64,000 bases of DNA, from NCBI GenBank assembly GCA_020348925.1, contig CP070758.1:3611688-3675687 (forward strand), in the 5' to 3' direction. The stretch is from Gemmatimonadota bacterium (GTDB lineage: Bacteria; JBHIER01; G020348925). Of this stretch, positions 41,326 to 49,647 are shown piece after piece. The position numbers were made by a program, and so were the translations under genes. The number at the start of each line of letters is the position of its first letter. Position 1 is the stretch's first letter. The notes beneath the pieces are model-generated. The model saw only the letters and a program-made list of their open reading frames with translations. It made no database searches and had not been told where the DNA came from.

Positions 41326-43557
41326 TTACTTCAAAAGTACCATGCGTTTGGTGTACGTGAAATCAGAAGTAGAGAGCCGGAAAAAATACACACCGCTGGC
41401 TACATCTTTACCGAATTGATCGCGGCCATCCCAGGTCACCGTGTAATACCCCGGCTCCTTAACCTCATCCACCAACGTCCTCACCTCCTGCCCCAAGATA
41501 TTGTAAATCTTAAGAGTGACGTGGGGTGGGGACTGATCACTGACCACTGAATACTGAATACTGGTTGTTGGATTAAACGGGTTCGGGTAATTCTGGGCCA
41601 GGTTACAACCCTCTGGCAATTCGACAAAATGATTGTTATCTTCTCCTATTGAAGTAGTACCGCCAGTTGTTGTATGTAAGATTGTGCCACCTTTTCCCAC
41701 AACCCAACCTGAATTGGAATTAGTAAAATAGATACAATTAAAACTATTGAGCGTTCCACTTTTTTGACTCGTCCAACTTGTCCCACCATCCGTAGTCTTG
41801 AGGATTGTACCATAATCTCCAACCGCCCAACCCGTGTTTGAATCAATGAAATAGACAGAATTCAAATCCCATGACGTTCCGCTTGTTTGACTTGTCCAGT
41901 TTGTTCCACCGTCCGTTGTTTTGAGAATCGAACCATAATAGTTTTCACCGTCGTAACAGCCACCAACTGCCCAACCTGTGTTTGAATCAATGAAATAGAC
42001 AGATCCTAAAAAGCTGGATATTCCACATACGTAATGTTGTACATCCCAGTTGGTTCCGCCGTTTGTAGTTTTGAGAATCATACCATGGTTGCCTTCATCG
42101 TCGTAATAACGCCCAACTGCCCAACCTGTGTTGGAATCCGTAAAATAGACAGAACCCAGCCAGTTGTATGTTCCCTCTACAAAGTGTTGTACATCCCAAT
42201 TTGTCCCACCATCTACAGTTTTGAGAATTATTTCACTACGACCTCCAACTGCCCAGCCCGTGTTGAAATCTATAAAATTGATAGACTTCAAATTGATTGG
42301 CATTCCGCTTATCTGGGTTGTCCATTTTGCCCCACCATCTGTTGTTTTGAGAATAACACCATAATCTCCAACCACCCAACCTGTGTTTGAATCAGTGAAA
42401 AAGACAGAATTTAACGTGTATGAGTCACTGATTGGTTGGGAAATCCAGTCTGTTCCACTATTTGTGGTCTTGAGAATTGTACTGGAGACATCAGAATATC
42501 CACCTACTGCCCAACCATTATTGCCATCGATGAAATAGACAGACCTCAAAGATCCTGTTATCCCATTCGTTTGAGGTCTCCAGCTTGTTCCACCATTTGT
42601 GGTTTTGAGAATAGTGCCCCGCGCTCCAACCACCCAACCGGTGTTAACATCCGCGAAATGGACGGTTTCCAACCACAGTGATGTTCCACTTGACTGAATT
42701 GTCCAGTTTGTTCCCGCATTTGTAGTTTTGATAATCGAGCCTTGGATTGAAACTGCCCAACCCGTATTGCTATCAGTGAAATAAACAGATCTAAGATTTT
42801 CCAAAAAAGGTTTCCATACAGTTCCAGCCGTCTGACTTATCCAGTTTGTACCGCCATCTTTGGTGTGGAGAATTGTGCCGTAATTCCCAACCGCCCACCC
42901 CGTGTTGGGATCGATGAAACAGGCGGAATTCAAACCCTCTGATGTTCCGCTGGTTTGAGAAGTCCAGTTTGTTCCGCCACCCGTCGTTTTTAAAATTGTC
43001 CCGTATCCTCCAACAACCCAACCTGTGTTCATATTTGCGAAACAAACGGTACTCAACCATTCTGTTGTCCCACTTGTCTGGCTCGTCCAGTTTGTTCCAC
43101 CATTCGTAGTCTTAAGAATTGTTCCATCGTCTCCAACTGCCCAACCTGTTGTAGAGTCGATAAAATAGACCGAAAGCAACCAATGTGATGTTCCACTTAT
43201 CTGACTCGTCCAGCTTACTCCGCCATTTGTGGTCTTAAGAATTCGACCATAAATATTAGTGTTGTAGTAGTAGACCCCAACTGCCCACCCTATGTTGGAG
43301 TCTGTAAAATACACTGATTCCAACCCGCTTATTACTCCTATTGTGTAGTTCTGCACATCCCAGTGTATTCCACCATCAGTAGTTTTAATAATTGTACATC
43401 CATCTCCAACTGCGACTGCTATATTTTGGTCAAAAACATAAATGGCTCTTAGTGAATTCCCCTGCGGTAAAGGATTTTGCCAGTACCAACCTTCCTGGGC
43501 ATAGTTTGCAACTGCTACAAGCATCAAGCCTAAAACGATAGAGAATCTCTTATACAT
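41326..43557 (-). CDS. YCF48/BNR-repeat beta-propeller protein with FlgD-Ig sorting domain
   Basis: About 13 repeats of SV.F.D..TGW.VG..G.ILKTT.GG..W; NYPNPFN. Confidence 0.9.
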   Translation of the reverse strand: MYKRFSIVLGLMLVAVANYAQEGWYWQNPLPQGNSLRAIYVFDQNIAVAVGDGCTIIKTTDGGIHWDVQNYTIGVISGLESVYFTDSNIGWAVGVYYYNTNIYGRILKTTNGGVSWTSQISGTSHWLLSVYFIDSTTGWAVGDDGTILKTTNGGTNWTSQTSGTTEWLSTVCFANMNTGWVVGGYGTILKTTGGGTNWTSQTSGTSEGLNSACFIDPNTGWAVGNYGTILHTKDGGTNWISQTAGTVWKPFLENLRSVYFTDSNTGWAVSIQGSIIKTTNAGTNWTIQSSGTSLWLETVHFADVNTGWVVGARGTILKTTNGGTSWRPQTNGITGSLRSVYFIDGNNGWAVGGYSDVSSTILKTTNSGTDWISQPISDSYTLNSVFFTDSNTGWVVGDYGVILKTTDGGAKWTTQISGMPINLKSINFIDFNTGWAVGGRSEIILKTVDGGTNWDVQHFVEGTYNWLGSVYFTDSNTGWAVGRYYDDEGNHGMILKTTNGGTNWDVQHYVCGISSFLGSVYFIDSNTGWAVGGCYDGENYYGSILKTTDGGTNWTSQTSGTSWDLNSVYFIDSNTGWAVGDYGTILKTTDGGTSWTSQKSGTLNSFNCIYFTNSNSGWVVGKGGTILHTTTGGTTSIGEDNNHFVELPEGCNLAQNYPNPFNPTTSIQYSVVSDQSPPHVTLKIYNILGQEVRTLVDEVKEPGYYTVTWDGRDQFGKDVASGVYFFRLSTSDFTYTKRMVLLK

Positions 43558-43697
43558 AACTACCTCCTTTCTTAATGCCATCTTTAGAAATAGTGAAATT
43601 GTCTATTAATCTCCAAAGCCATGTAATTCTCAACGAAGCAAATGGATCAAATAAACATATGATTATAGCATCAATTCCTCCCAAGATTTGAAAAGAC

Positions 43698-45431
43698 TCA
43701 CTTCAGAAGTAACATCCGCCTGCTCTGGGTAAATGTTCCTGCTTTCAACCTATAGAAATAGATCCCGCTGGCCACGTCCTTGCCAAAGTGATCCCACCCA
43801 TCCCAGGTAACAGTATAATACCCAGCATCCTTGGGCTCATCCACCAAGGTTTTAACCTTCTGACCGAGAACGTTGTAGATCGTCAGACGGACCTTACATG
43901 CTCTGGTTAGTTCATAACCTATCGTTGTCCGAGCATTAAACGGATTCGGATAATTCTGATAGAGGATGAAGGTTCTCGGAATTCCCGACGATCCCACCTC
44001 TTCCTCAACAGCAGTGGAGATGTCTATTGTGATGTTTTTGATCATGTCCTCTTCGACTACGACATTTTCGATATATTGTTCTGTAGATTCGCCTCCCGGA
44101 AGAAAAGAGACGAGGGTAAAGGAATAAGTCCCTGCTGGCAAAACAAGCCAGTACATGCCCAGGTAGGTGATAATGCAAGAGAAGTTGCCCGTTGTTGACT
44201 CGTAAGCACTGATGTAGACCTCAGACATGGGCTGTCCATAATTATCCCTGATGATTCCCCGAACTTCAAACGACTCGTACAGAGGCGCGAGCGTTATGTC
44301 CAATGTCCTATCTTGGTCCATCTCGATATTCGAAACCCTCCGACCGGAGAGAACTCCGTCATCACCAATATACGTACCGAAGGTCACATCATACGTGTTC
44401 CCTTCAATCACCATGAGTTGATAGGTTCCATCCGATGCCGTCTCGGTCATAAATGTCCCCCAAGGCCAGTGAACATTCGTTGGCAGTTTGTGGGCCGTGA
44501 CTAAAAATCCCTCCAATGTCTCTCCGTCGGTGTCGGAGACGCAGCCCGAGAGAACAACACCCGCCTTCAACTCTACATCCAACGTAGTGTCGCCGGTGAC
44601 CTGAACAGTACTGATACTTTGTCGGGGCAAACCACTTTCCTCAGGTGGGAAAATATCTAATTCGTATGTGCCTGCTGCCAGATTTATGACGTAGTTTCCA
44701 TCGATCGAAGTACAACTATTCCCTGAGGGATGGACTGTCGCTCGACCCAAGGCATTTTCATCCCAGACGGTTACAGAAACATCGGCAACCGGCTCCCCTT
44801 CAGGATCAGTAACCCATCCGGAGACGGAGACCCCAATCCTCAGCGTAATATTCAGAGTGATGTCTTCACTGACGTTCACATCGGTAATGGTCTGACAAGG
44901 AAATCCACTCTCCTCAGCGGGATTGATTTCCAATATATAGGTTTCAGGTTTGAGTCCGGTGAAGCCATAGGCTCCAGTAGAGTCTGATGAGGCACTGCTC
45001 TGCCACGTTCCCGTCCCGAGCCACAGGTGAACGTCTGCCGCAGGGTCGCTATCGGGATATGTAATGCGCCCAGCGAGTGTCAATCCGGTTTCCAACACGA
45101 TGTCCAAGTTTGTATCCGACGGAACCTCGACGTCAAAAATGGTCCGATCAAGAAGTTCACTGCCCCAGGGTGACGAAACCTCAAGTATATAGGTGCCTCG
45201 TGCCAGAGTGATCCTATAGATGCCATCTTCGGTAGTGGCCCCATATCCTTGCCGATTGTTCAACCAATCCGTGGCCCTTATGGAAACGCCTTCCACTGGA
45301 TTTCCTCCTGGATCGGTAACCTGTCCAGAGAGGAAGACTGTAGTATCAGAGGTGGCCGATTCAACGTTGACCGGAACAACCACTGTCGACAAGGCTACTA
45401 AGGACATCATGAGTATCGATACTTGCTTCAT
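43698..45431 (-). CDS. Carboxypeptidase-regulatory-like (prealbumin-fold) repeat protein with FlgD-Ig sorting domain
   Basis: Five G.V.D..G.P....V...T..DG.Y repeats; NYPNPFN; RBS AAGGAG. Confidence 0.8.
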   Translation of the reverse strand: MKQVSILMMSLVALSTVVVPVNVESATSDTTVFLSGQVTDPGGNPVEGVSIRATDWLNNRQGYGATTEDGIYRITLARGTYILEVSSPWGSELLDRTIFDVEVPSDTNLDIVLETGLTLAGRITYPDSDPAADVHLWLGTGTWQSSASSDSTGAYGFTGLKPETYILEINPAEESGFPCQTITDVNVSEDITLNITLRIGVSVSGWVTDPEGEPVADVSVTVWDENALGRATVHPSGNSCTSIDGNYVINLAAGTYELDIFPPEESGLPRQSISTVQVTGDTTLDVELKAGVVLSGCVSDTDGETLEGFLVTAHKLPTNVHWPWGTFMTETASDGTYQLMVIEGNTYDVTFGTYIGDDGVLSGRRVSNIEMDQDRTLDITLAPLYESFEVRGIIRDNYGQPMSEVYISAYESTTGNFSCIITYLGMYWLVLPAGTYSFTLVSFLPGGESTEQYIENVVVEEDMIKNITIDISTAVEEEVGSSGIPRTFILYQNYPNPFNARTTIGYELTRACKVRLTIYNVLGQKVKTLVDEPKDAGYYTVTWDGWDHFGKDVASGIYFYRLKAGTFTQSRRMLLLK

Positions 45432-45478
45432 TGATGCTCACTCCTTTGTTTAGAATTGAAGAGCTATTCTGGGAAAAG

Positions 45479-45545
45479 ACAAAAAAACGCCCCCTTACTC
45501 ATTAATCTATCAAACGAGCGTAAAGAAGGCGTCGTGACATCGACG
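45479..45545 (-). promoter_or_regulatory. Leader terminator/attenuator containing the repeated motif (copy 1)
   Basis: Minus strand ACGCCTTCTTTACGCTCGTT...AATGAGTAAGGGGGCGT followed by a T run, ~50 nt before the ATG at 45431. Confidence 0.55.
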
Positions 45546-45663
45546 AAAAAAATGGCAATAGAAACAACATTATCGTCTATTCCTCAGCCGTAAAATTTCC
45601 TGAACCAAACCTCCACCTGCCATGGTAATGCGCTCTTTCAAAGGTCAATCCACTGCTGATCGA

Positions 45664-46584
45664 CTACTTGTAAGCACTCGCTGCCTCCATCTTCAATCTG
45701 CTCTGAAATTGCTCAACATTCCTGGAGTTGTATTTTCTGGCCGAGTTGACCGCACCATAAATGTTTCCTGTGTAAAAGGAGAATCCCAAGAAACCAAGAA
45801 AGCAGGCTGATGTTTTTTTGTCATCCTGATACGACTTTATTGCAAAATACGTAAACGTACCCGTCAGCAGGAGTGAGAAGAATCCATCCGCCACTCTCCC
45901 ACACCAAACCTGGCCTGCTCCTGGAATAACCGCCGAAAGTATACCAGAGGCGACAGCTGAACGATGAGGCAGTTGACTACCACTTGCCGATTCCAAGGCC
46001 AATCTTTCAGCCAGCGGTACGAATGGACTCTGGGGAAATTTCCTGGGTAGATTCATAAACTCATCGGCAGCCTCCAACCAGAGACAATCATCTATGTAGG
46101 TCAGTGCTAACATAAATTGTGCATCATCCGCCAATTCACTTCGGGGAAACTCTCCAATCACTTTATGGTACTGAATTCGAGCAAGATCGAACTCCCCCTT
46201 CCGGGAAAAGCAAGAGCCGCTGCTAAAAAGGGAAACCTCAACAAACTTATTTCGTTCCTCCTCATCAGTTATTTGTTTGAAGACCTTTAGGGCTTGATCC
46301 CATTTCTCACATCCCATGTAGCAAAGCCCCAGCTTATATTTAGCCAGAGTTGCCAATGAGTCCATGGGGAAATTGAAAAGAAAACGTTGATACTCCAATA
46401 CAGCTAAGTTGTAATCCTCCTGTGCAAGAAGCCTGTCGGCAAAAGCCAACTGTCTTCCCCGCATCTCACAAATCGGCATGTTCTGCTCTTGTCCATTCCC
46501 GGTGAGGGGAACAAATACAAATACAAGTAATGCCACAGTCACGAGCACAACGAATTTAACTCTTTTCAATTCACATGAATTCAT
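45664..46584 (-). CDS. TPR (BamD-like repeats) protein with a C-terminal TM2-like membrane segment
   Basis: FP.S.LA..A TPR units; SAVASGILSAVIPGAGQVWCG. Confidence 0.7.
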   Translation of the reverse strand: MNSCELKRVKFVVLVTVALLVFVFVPLTGNGQEQNMPICEMRGRQLAFADRLLAQEDYNLAVLEYQRFLFNFPMDSLATLAKYKLGLCYMGCEKWDQALKVFKQITDEEERNKFVEVSLFSSGSCFSRKGEFDLARIQYHKVIGEFPRSELADDAQFMLALTYIDDCLWLEAADEFMNLPRKFPQSPFVPLAERLALESASGSQLPHRSAVASGILSAVIPGAGQVWCGRVADGFFSLLLTGTFTYFAIKSYQDDKKTSACFLGFLGFSFYTGNIYGAVNSARKYNSRNVEQFQSRLKMEAASAYK

Positions 46585-47081
46585 TTTCTGTAGTGATTCC
46601 CTCTGTTGTTTTTGAAGATATAAATATCTTCAACTGGATCAAGAAAACGTCCATTTTCATCCCTGGGATATCCCCCGAAGGGGATGAAGCCGTGGTCTCT
46701 GCTCAATCGGTCAGCAGTCATCATGGTGCCAATCAGAAAACCGTACTTTCTGTAAGCTTGAAACCCGAATTCCGAGCAACTTGGATAAAAATTGCATCGC
46801 GCTCCCAAAAACGGCGAGACAAATACCTTATAGAGGTGAATCGTAACCAGGGGTATTATTTGTACAGTTGAGACACAAAGTTCATCGGTTCGCTGATATT
46901 CACTTTCAAAATAATAGAAGACGGGAATCCCGTTGATGTCTCGTACAAGAGGCTTTGATCTTAGTGATAGTTCACTATCACACGTCACACCCTTGCCCTG
47001 AGCTTGAACCGGAGGAGCGGATAAGATCCAAACCAGGACTGTGACAAACACAACCCCGAAGAGAGGAATTCGTGACCCCAA
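46581..47081 (-). CDS. YidD-like (haemolytic domain) protein with an N-terminal signal peptide
   Basis: LYKVFVSP..GARCNFYPSCSEFG.QA..KYG...G..M..DRL.R motif. Confidence 0.75.
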   Translation of the reverse strand: MGSRIPLFGVVFVTVLVWILSAPPVQAQGKGVTCDSELSLRSKPLVRDINGIPVFYYFESEYQRTDELCVSTVQIIPLVTIHLYKVFVSPFLGARCNFYPSCSEFGFQAYRKYGFLIGTMMTADRLSRDHGFIPFGGYPRDENGRFLDPVEDIYIFKNNRGNHYRK

Positions 47082-47126
47082 AAAACATCACTCCCCTATC
47101 TCAATGAGATAGCATTAAAGAAATAT

Positions 47127-47149
47127 TCAGGACTGATATTCAGTCCTGA
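47127..47149. repeat. Perfect intergenic inverted repeat (stem-loop)
   Basis: TCAGGACTGA-TAT-TCAGTCCTGA. Confidence 0.7.
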
Positions 47150-47198
47150 CAGTAAAAGTGTTTTGATTATCTCACGGTAATATCATGTACAGCAATTA

Positions 47199-47825
47199 TT
47201 AATCAGCTTGCGATACAATGAGCACTAACAACAGGAGTGCTGCCGCTACTCCTGCGCAGCCGCCCAAGAAACCTGCTGCAAAAGGGTCACCTTTACCCTT
47301 TTCCTTTTCCTTTCCCTTCTCCTGTTCTGCCTTCAGTCTTTTTTCATACATGTCCATTTTAATGCACGCTTTGATCATTTGAGAAGCAACTTCGGCGTAA
47401 AAGGTCGAAGGAGCATCTCTGGCTACTTTCCGGAATTGAACAACAGCTTCATGGTAAGCTCCGTTCTCAAACAACACTATCCCATAGTCGTAGAGGACCT
47501 TAATTTCAAGTTCCTCATCTGTTTCAGGTGCAACTTCCTCTGTCGTCGCAGGTTTAACGTCACTTTCAGGTTCAGAAGGTTCCTCCTGGGGAACCGCGGG
47601 CTCAGTTTCCGGAATTTGCTTCTCAGGCTCAGGTTGTGTGACCTTCTCAGGCAATTTGTACCCACACTTGGAACAAAACTTAGCTCCAGCCGGGTTTTCG
47701 GTACCACAATTGAGACATTGAACCGTCTCCTGTTTTTGCTTCTCCTGAGCAAATGAGGGTGAGACAAACATCAAAATCAAAGAGAAGATGAGAACATACG
47801 AAATATTTCTATTTATAAAAATCAT
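47199..47825 (-). CDS. Exported zinc-ribbon + TPR protein with a C-terminal TM anchor
   Basis: Signal peptide; CLNCG.EN..GAKFCSKCG; TPR-like helix; hydrophobic tail. Confidence 0.7.
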   Translation of the reverse strand: MIFINRNISYVLIFSLILMFVSPSFAQEKQKQETVQCLNCGTENPAGAKFCSKCGYKLPEKVTQPEPEKQIPETEPAVPQEEPSEPESDVKPATTEEVAPETDEELEIKVLYDYGIVLFENGAYHEAVVQFRKVARDAPSTFYAEVASQMIKACIKMDMYEKRLKAEQEKGKEKEKGKGDPFAAGFLGGCAGVAAALLLLVLIVSQAD

Positions 47826-47937
47826 ATTATCACCCCCCTTATTTTTCAAAAAATACAAAATGAGAATCGTCCTTTAATGCGAACAAAAAATGAACTAAGA
47901 TGTGACCAACTGGCCTCTGAAGAGTTAAGTGGCTTTG

Positions 47938-49059
47938 CTATTTCGCCCGCCGGGCCTTCACTATTTTCGGTAATGGCAAGTTGATATTGACACCGGCATG
48001 AATGTGCATATCACCGATGCCATGATAGTCACCTCGATACATTACGCCGCTGTCAAGAGGCAACCAATCAAAAGCAAAGAATCTTAGCCCAGCTATCACC
48101 ATCCATACTGCCTCAATTTGCTCTCGAGTGACAGTCGGATCCTCTTCGTCGAAATCATATTCGGGGATATACTCAAATTCAATCATCAGCAAAGTTTTAG
48201 GATTCGCTTCTACCCGCAAACCCGCAAATGGACGAGTGATGTTTTTATTCACGTATTCCTTGTCCCAAGCCTCTACCTGTTCAGGAGTTGGAGAAAGAAG
48301 CGCATTATTATGTCTGTATTTCGTCCTGATACGCAAGTCGCTGATGCTGGTTCCTAAGTGCAGGCTTAAAGCCCCAAAAGTCTTAGATCCCACGAAATAG
48401 AGTGTGGATACTCTCTTCTGGAATTTGACCGTGTCACGCTCCTCTGAATGCCAAAGGGAGCTTCGCAGTGCACCGGCAAAGCCAACATAGGGAAATGTGT
48501 CTCTCTCAGGTAGAATTTTCAGCTTAAAGGCAGCGGTTGGGATGGCGGCGGATCCCTTGGCAAGACCGCTGATCATCCCGATGGTACTGGCTTCGATTTC
48601 GGCTACATCTCCTAAGCCAATACTGGCACGTCCCAAAAAGGGTCTCTTCTCCTCCTTCATTTCACCAATGATACTACCCCCACCCAAACTGATTTCGAGT
48701 GAATTGAGCACCTCAGCAGTGGGGATGAGAAAGAGGCGACAGGGATCAATCGGACCCTCATAGATTTTTACCGATGTTTCCTTCGGTTTTTCCTCCTGAA
48801 GTTCAGGAATTAGCGCCTTTTTTGCCGTGCGCTCGGCCTCCAAATTTTCCTCTTCGGCCTTCTTCTTTGTTGCTTTGGCCTCTTTCAGAGAATATCCACA
48901 GTTAATACAGAAATCATTGGACCAATCGTTGGTGTGCCTACACTTAGGGCATGTGATGGTTTCTTTTGCTGCTTCTTGAGCCGAAGAGCTTAATACAAAG
49001 GTGAAAAGGAGCCCTCCAACAAAAAAGACCACGCCCATTTTTTTTAAAATGTTCACCAT
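47938..49059 (-). CDS. Exported zinc-ribbon protein with a probable beta-barrel domain
   Basis: Signal peptide; CPKC...FCINCG; RLFLIPTAEVL followed by amphipathic beta strands. Confidence 0.6.
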   Translation of the reverse strand: MVNILKKMGVVFFVGGLLFTFVLSSSAQEAAKETITCPKCRHTNDWSNDFCINCGYSLKEAKATKKKAEEENLEAERTAKKALIPELQEEKPKETSVKIYEGPIDPCRLFLIPTAEVLNSLEISLGGGSIIGEMKEEKRPFLGRASIGLGDVAEIEASTIGMISGLAKGSAAIPTAAFKLKILPERDTFPYVGFAGALRSSLWHSEERDTVKFQKRVSTLYFVGSKTFGALSLHLGTSISDLRIRTKYRHNNALLSPTPEQVEAWDKEYVNKNITRPFAGLRVEANPKTLLMIEFEYIPEYDFDEEDPTVTREQIEAVWMVIAGLRFFAFDWLPLDSGVMYRGDYHGIGDMHIHAGVNINLPLPKIVKARRAK

Positions 49060-49169
49060 CAAAATCACCTCCTTTGAACAACAAAATCACCAGAAACTGT
49101 TTTAGATCTGTGTAGAATCACTAAGAAGGAACCTACACTTCACTCGTTTAGAACAGGAAAACGATTAAT

Positions 49170-49240
49170 TTTCAAAAAAACATCCACCTCCACATTTATG
49201 TATTTTTCAACCGAGCGTAAAGAAGGCGTCGTGACCAACT
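49170..49240 (-). promoter_or_regulatory. Leader motif copy 2 with a terminator-like pairing
   Basis: 49212-49235 is identical to 45515-45538; downstream on the minus strand are TGTGGAGGTGGATGT and a T run. Confidence 0.5.
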
Positions 49241-49553
49241 CCACGCACGTTTTTTGGCGTGGCTGCAAACTCCAAAGGTGTGAAGTCTAAATACCGGACC
49301 TATTCAATTTTAGAGTGGGAACGGTTTCTTATTCTGAACAGAGTGACTCTATTCGGGGGTTCTCAGTCCCACGGCCGAAAGCAGCGTCGTGACCGCTTTC
49401 GCATCCCACGAACAATTATCATGTGGAAAATCAGAACCAGGACATTGAGATTGAAGTGGATGGATAAGGAGTGTATGTGCTTAGCCAACAATTTTTGAGA
49501 GACACCACCTCCCTGTTTAATTTCACAGGTGAACATTCAATAAATATGCATCG

Positions 49554-49582
49554 AATATAGCACGTTCCGATCCTACTGTCAA
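49554..49582 (-). promoter_or_regulatory. Sigma70-type promoter
   Basis: Minus strand TTGACA, 17 bp spacer, TATATT. Confidence 0.65.
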
Positions 49583-49647
49583 GTATTTTTGTGAACAACA
49601 CGCCCCCTCAAACTATTTCGCAAGAAATATTTAGGAATTTCTGAAAT

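Noticed and set aside
41650-43450. Periodic repeats of ~130 bp
   Set aside because: They are coding YCF48/BNR propeller repeats.
49380-49415. Minus-strand GTGGGATGCGAAAGC resembling a c-di-GMP-I riboswitch
   Set aside because: It lacks the GGCAAAC..GAAA P2 stem; it is kept only as part of the unknown leader motif.
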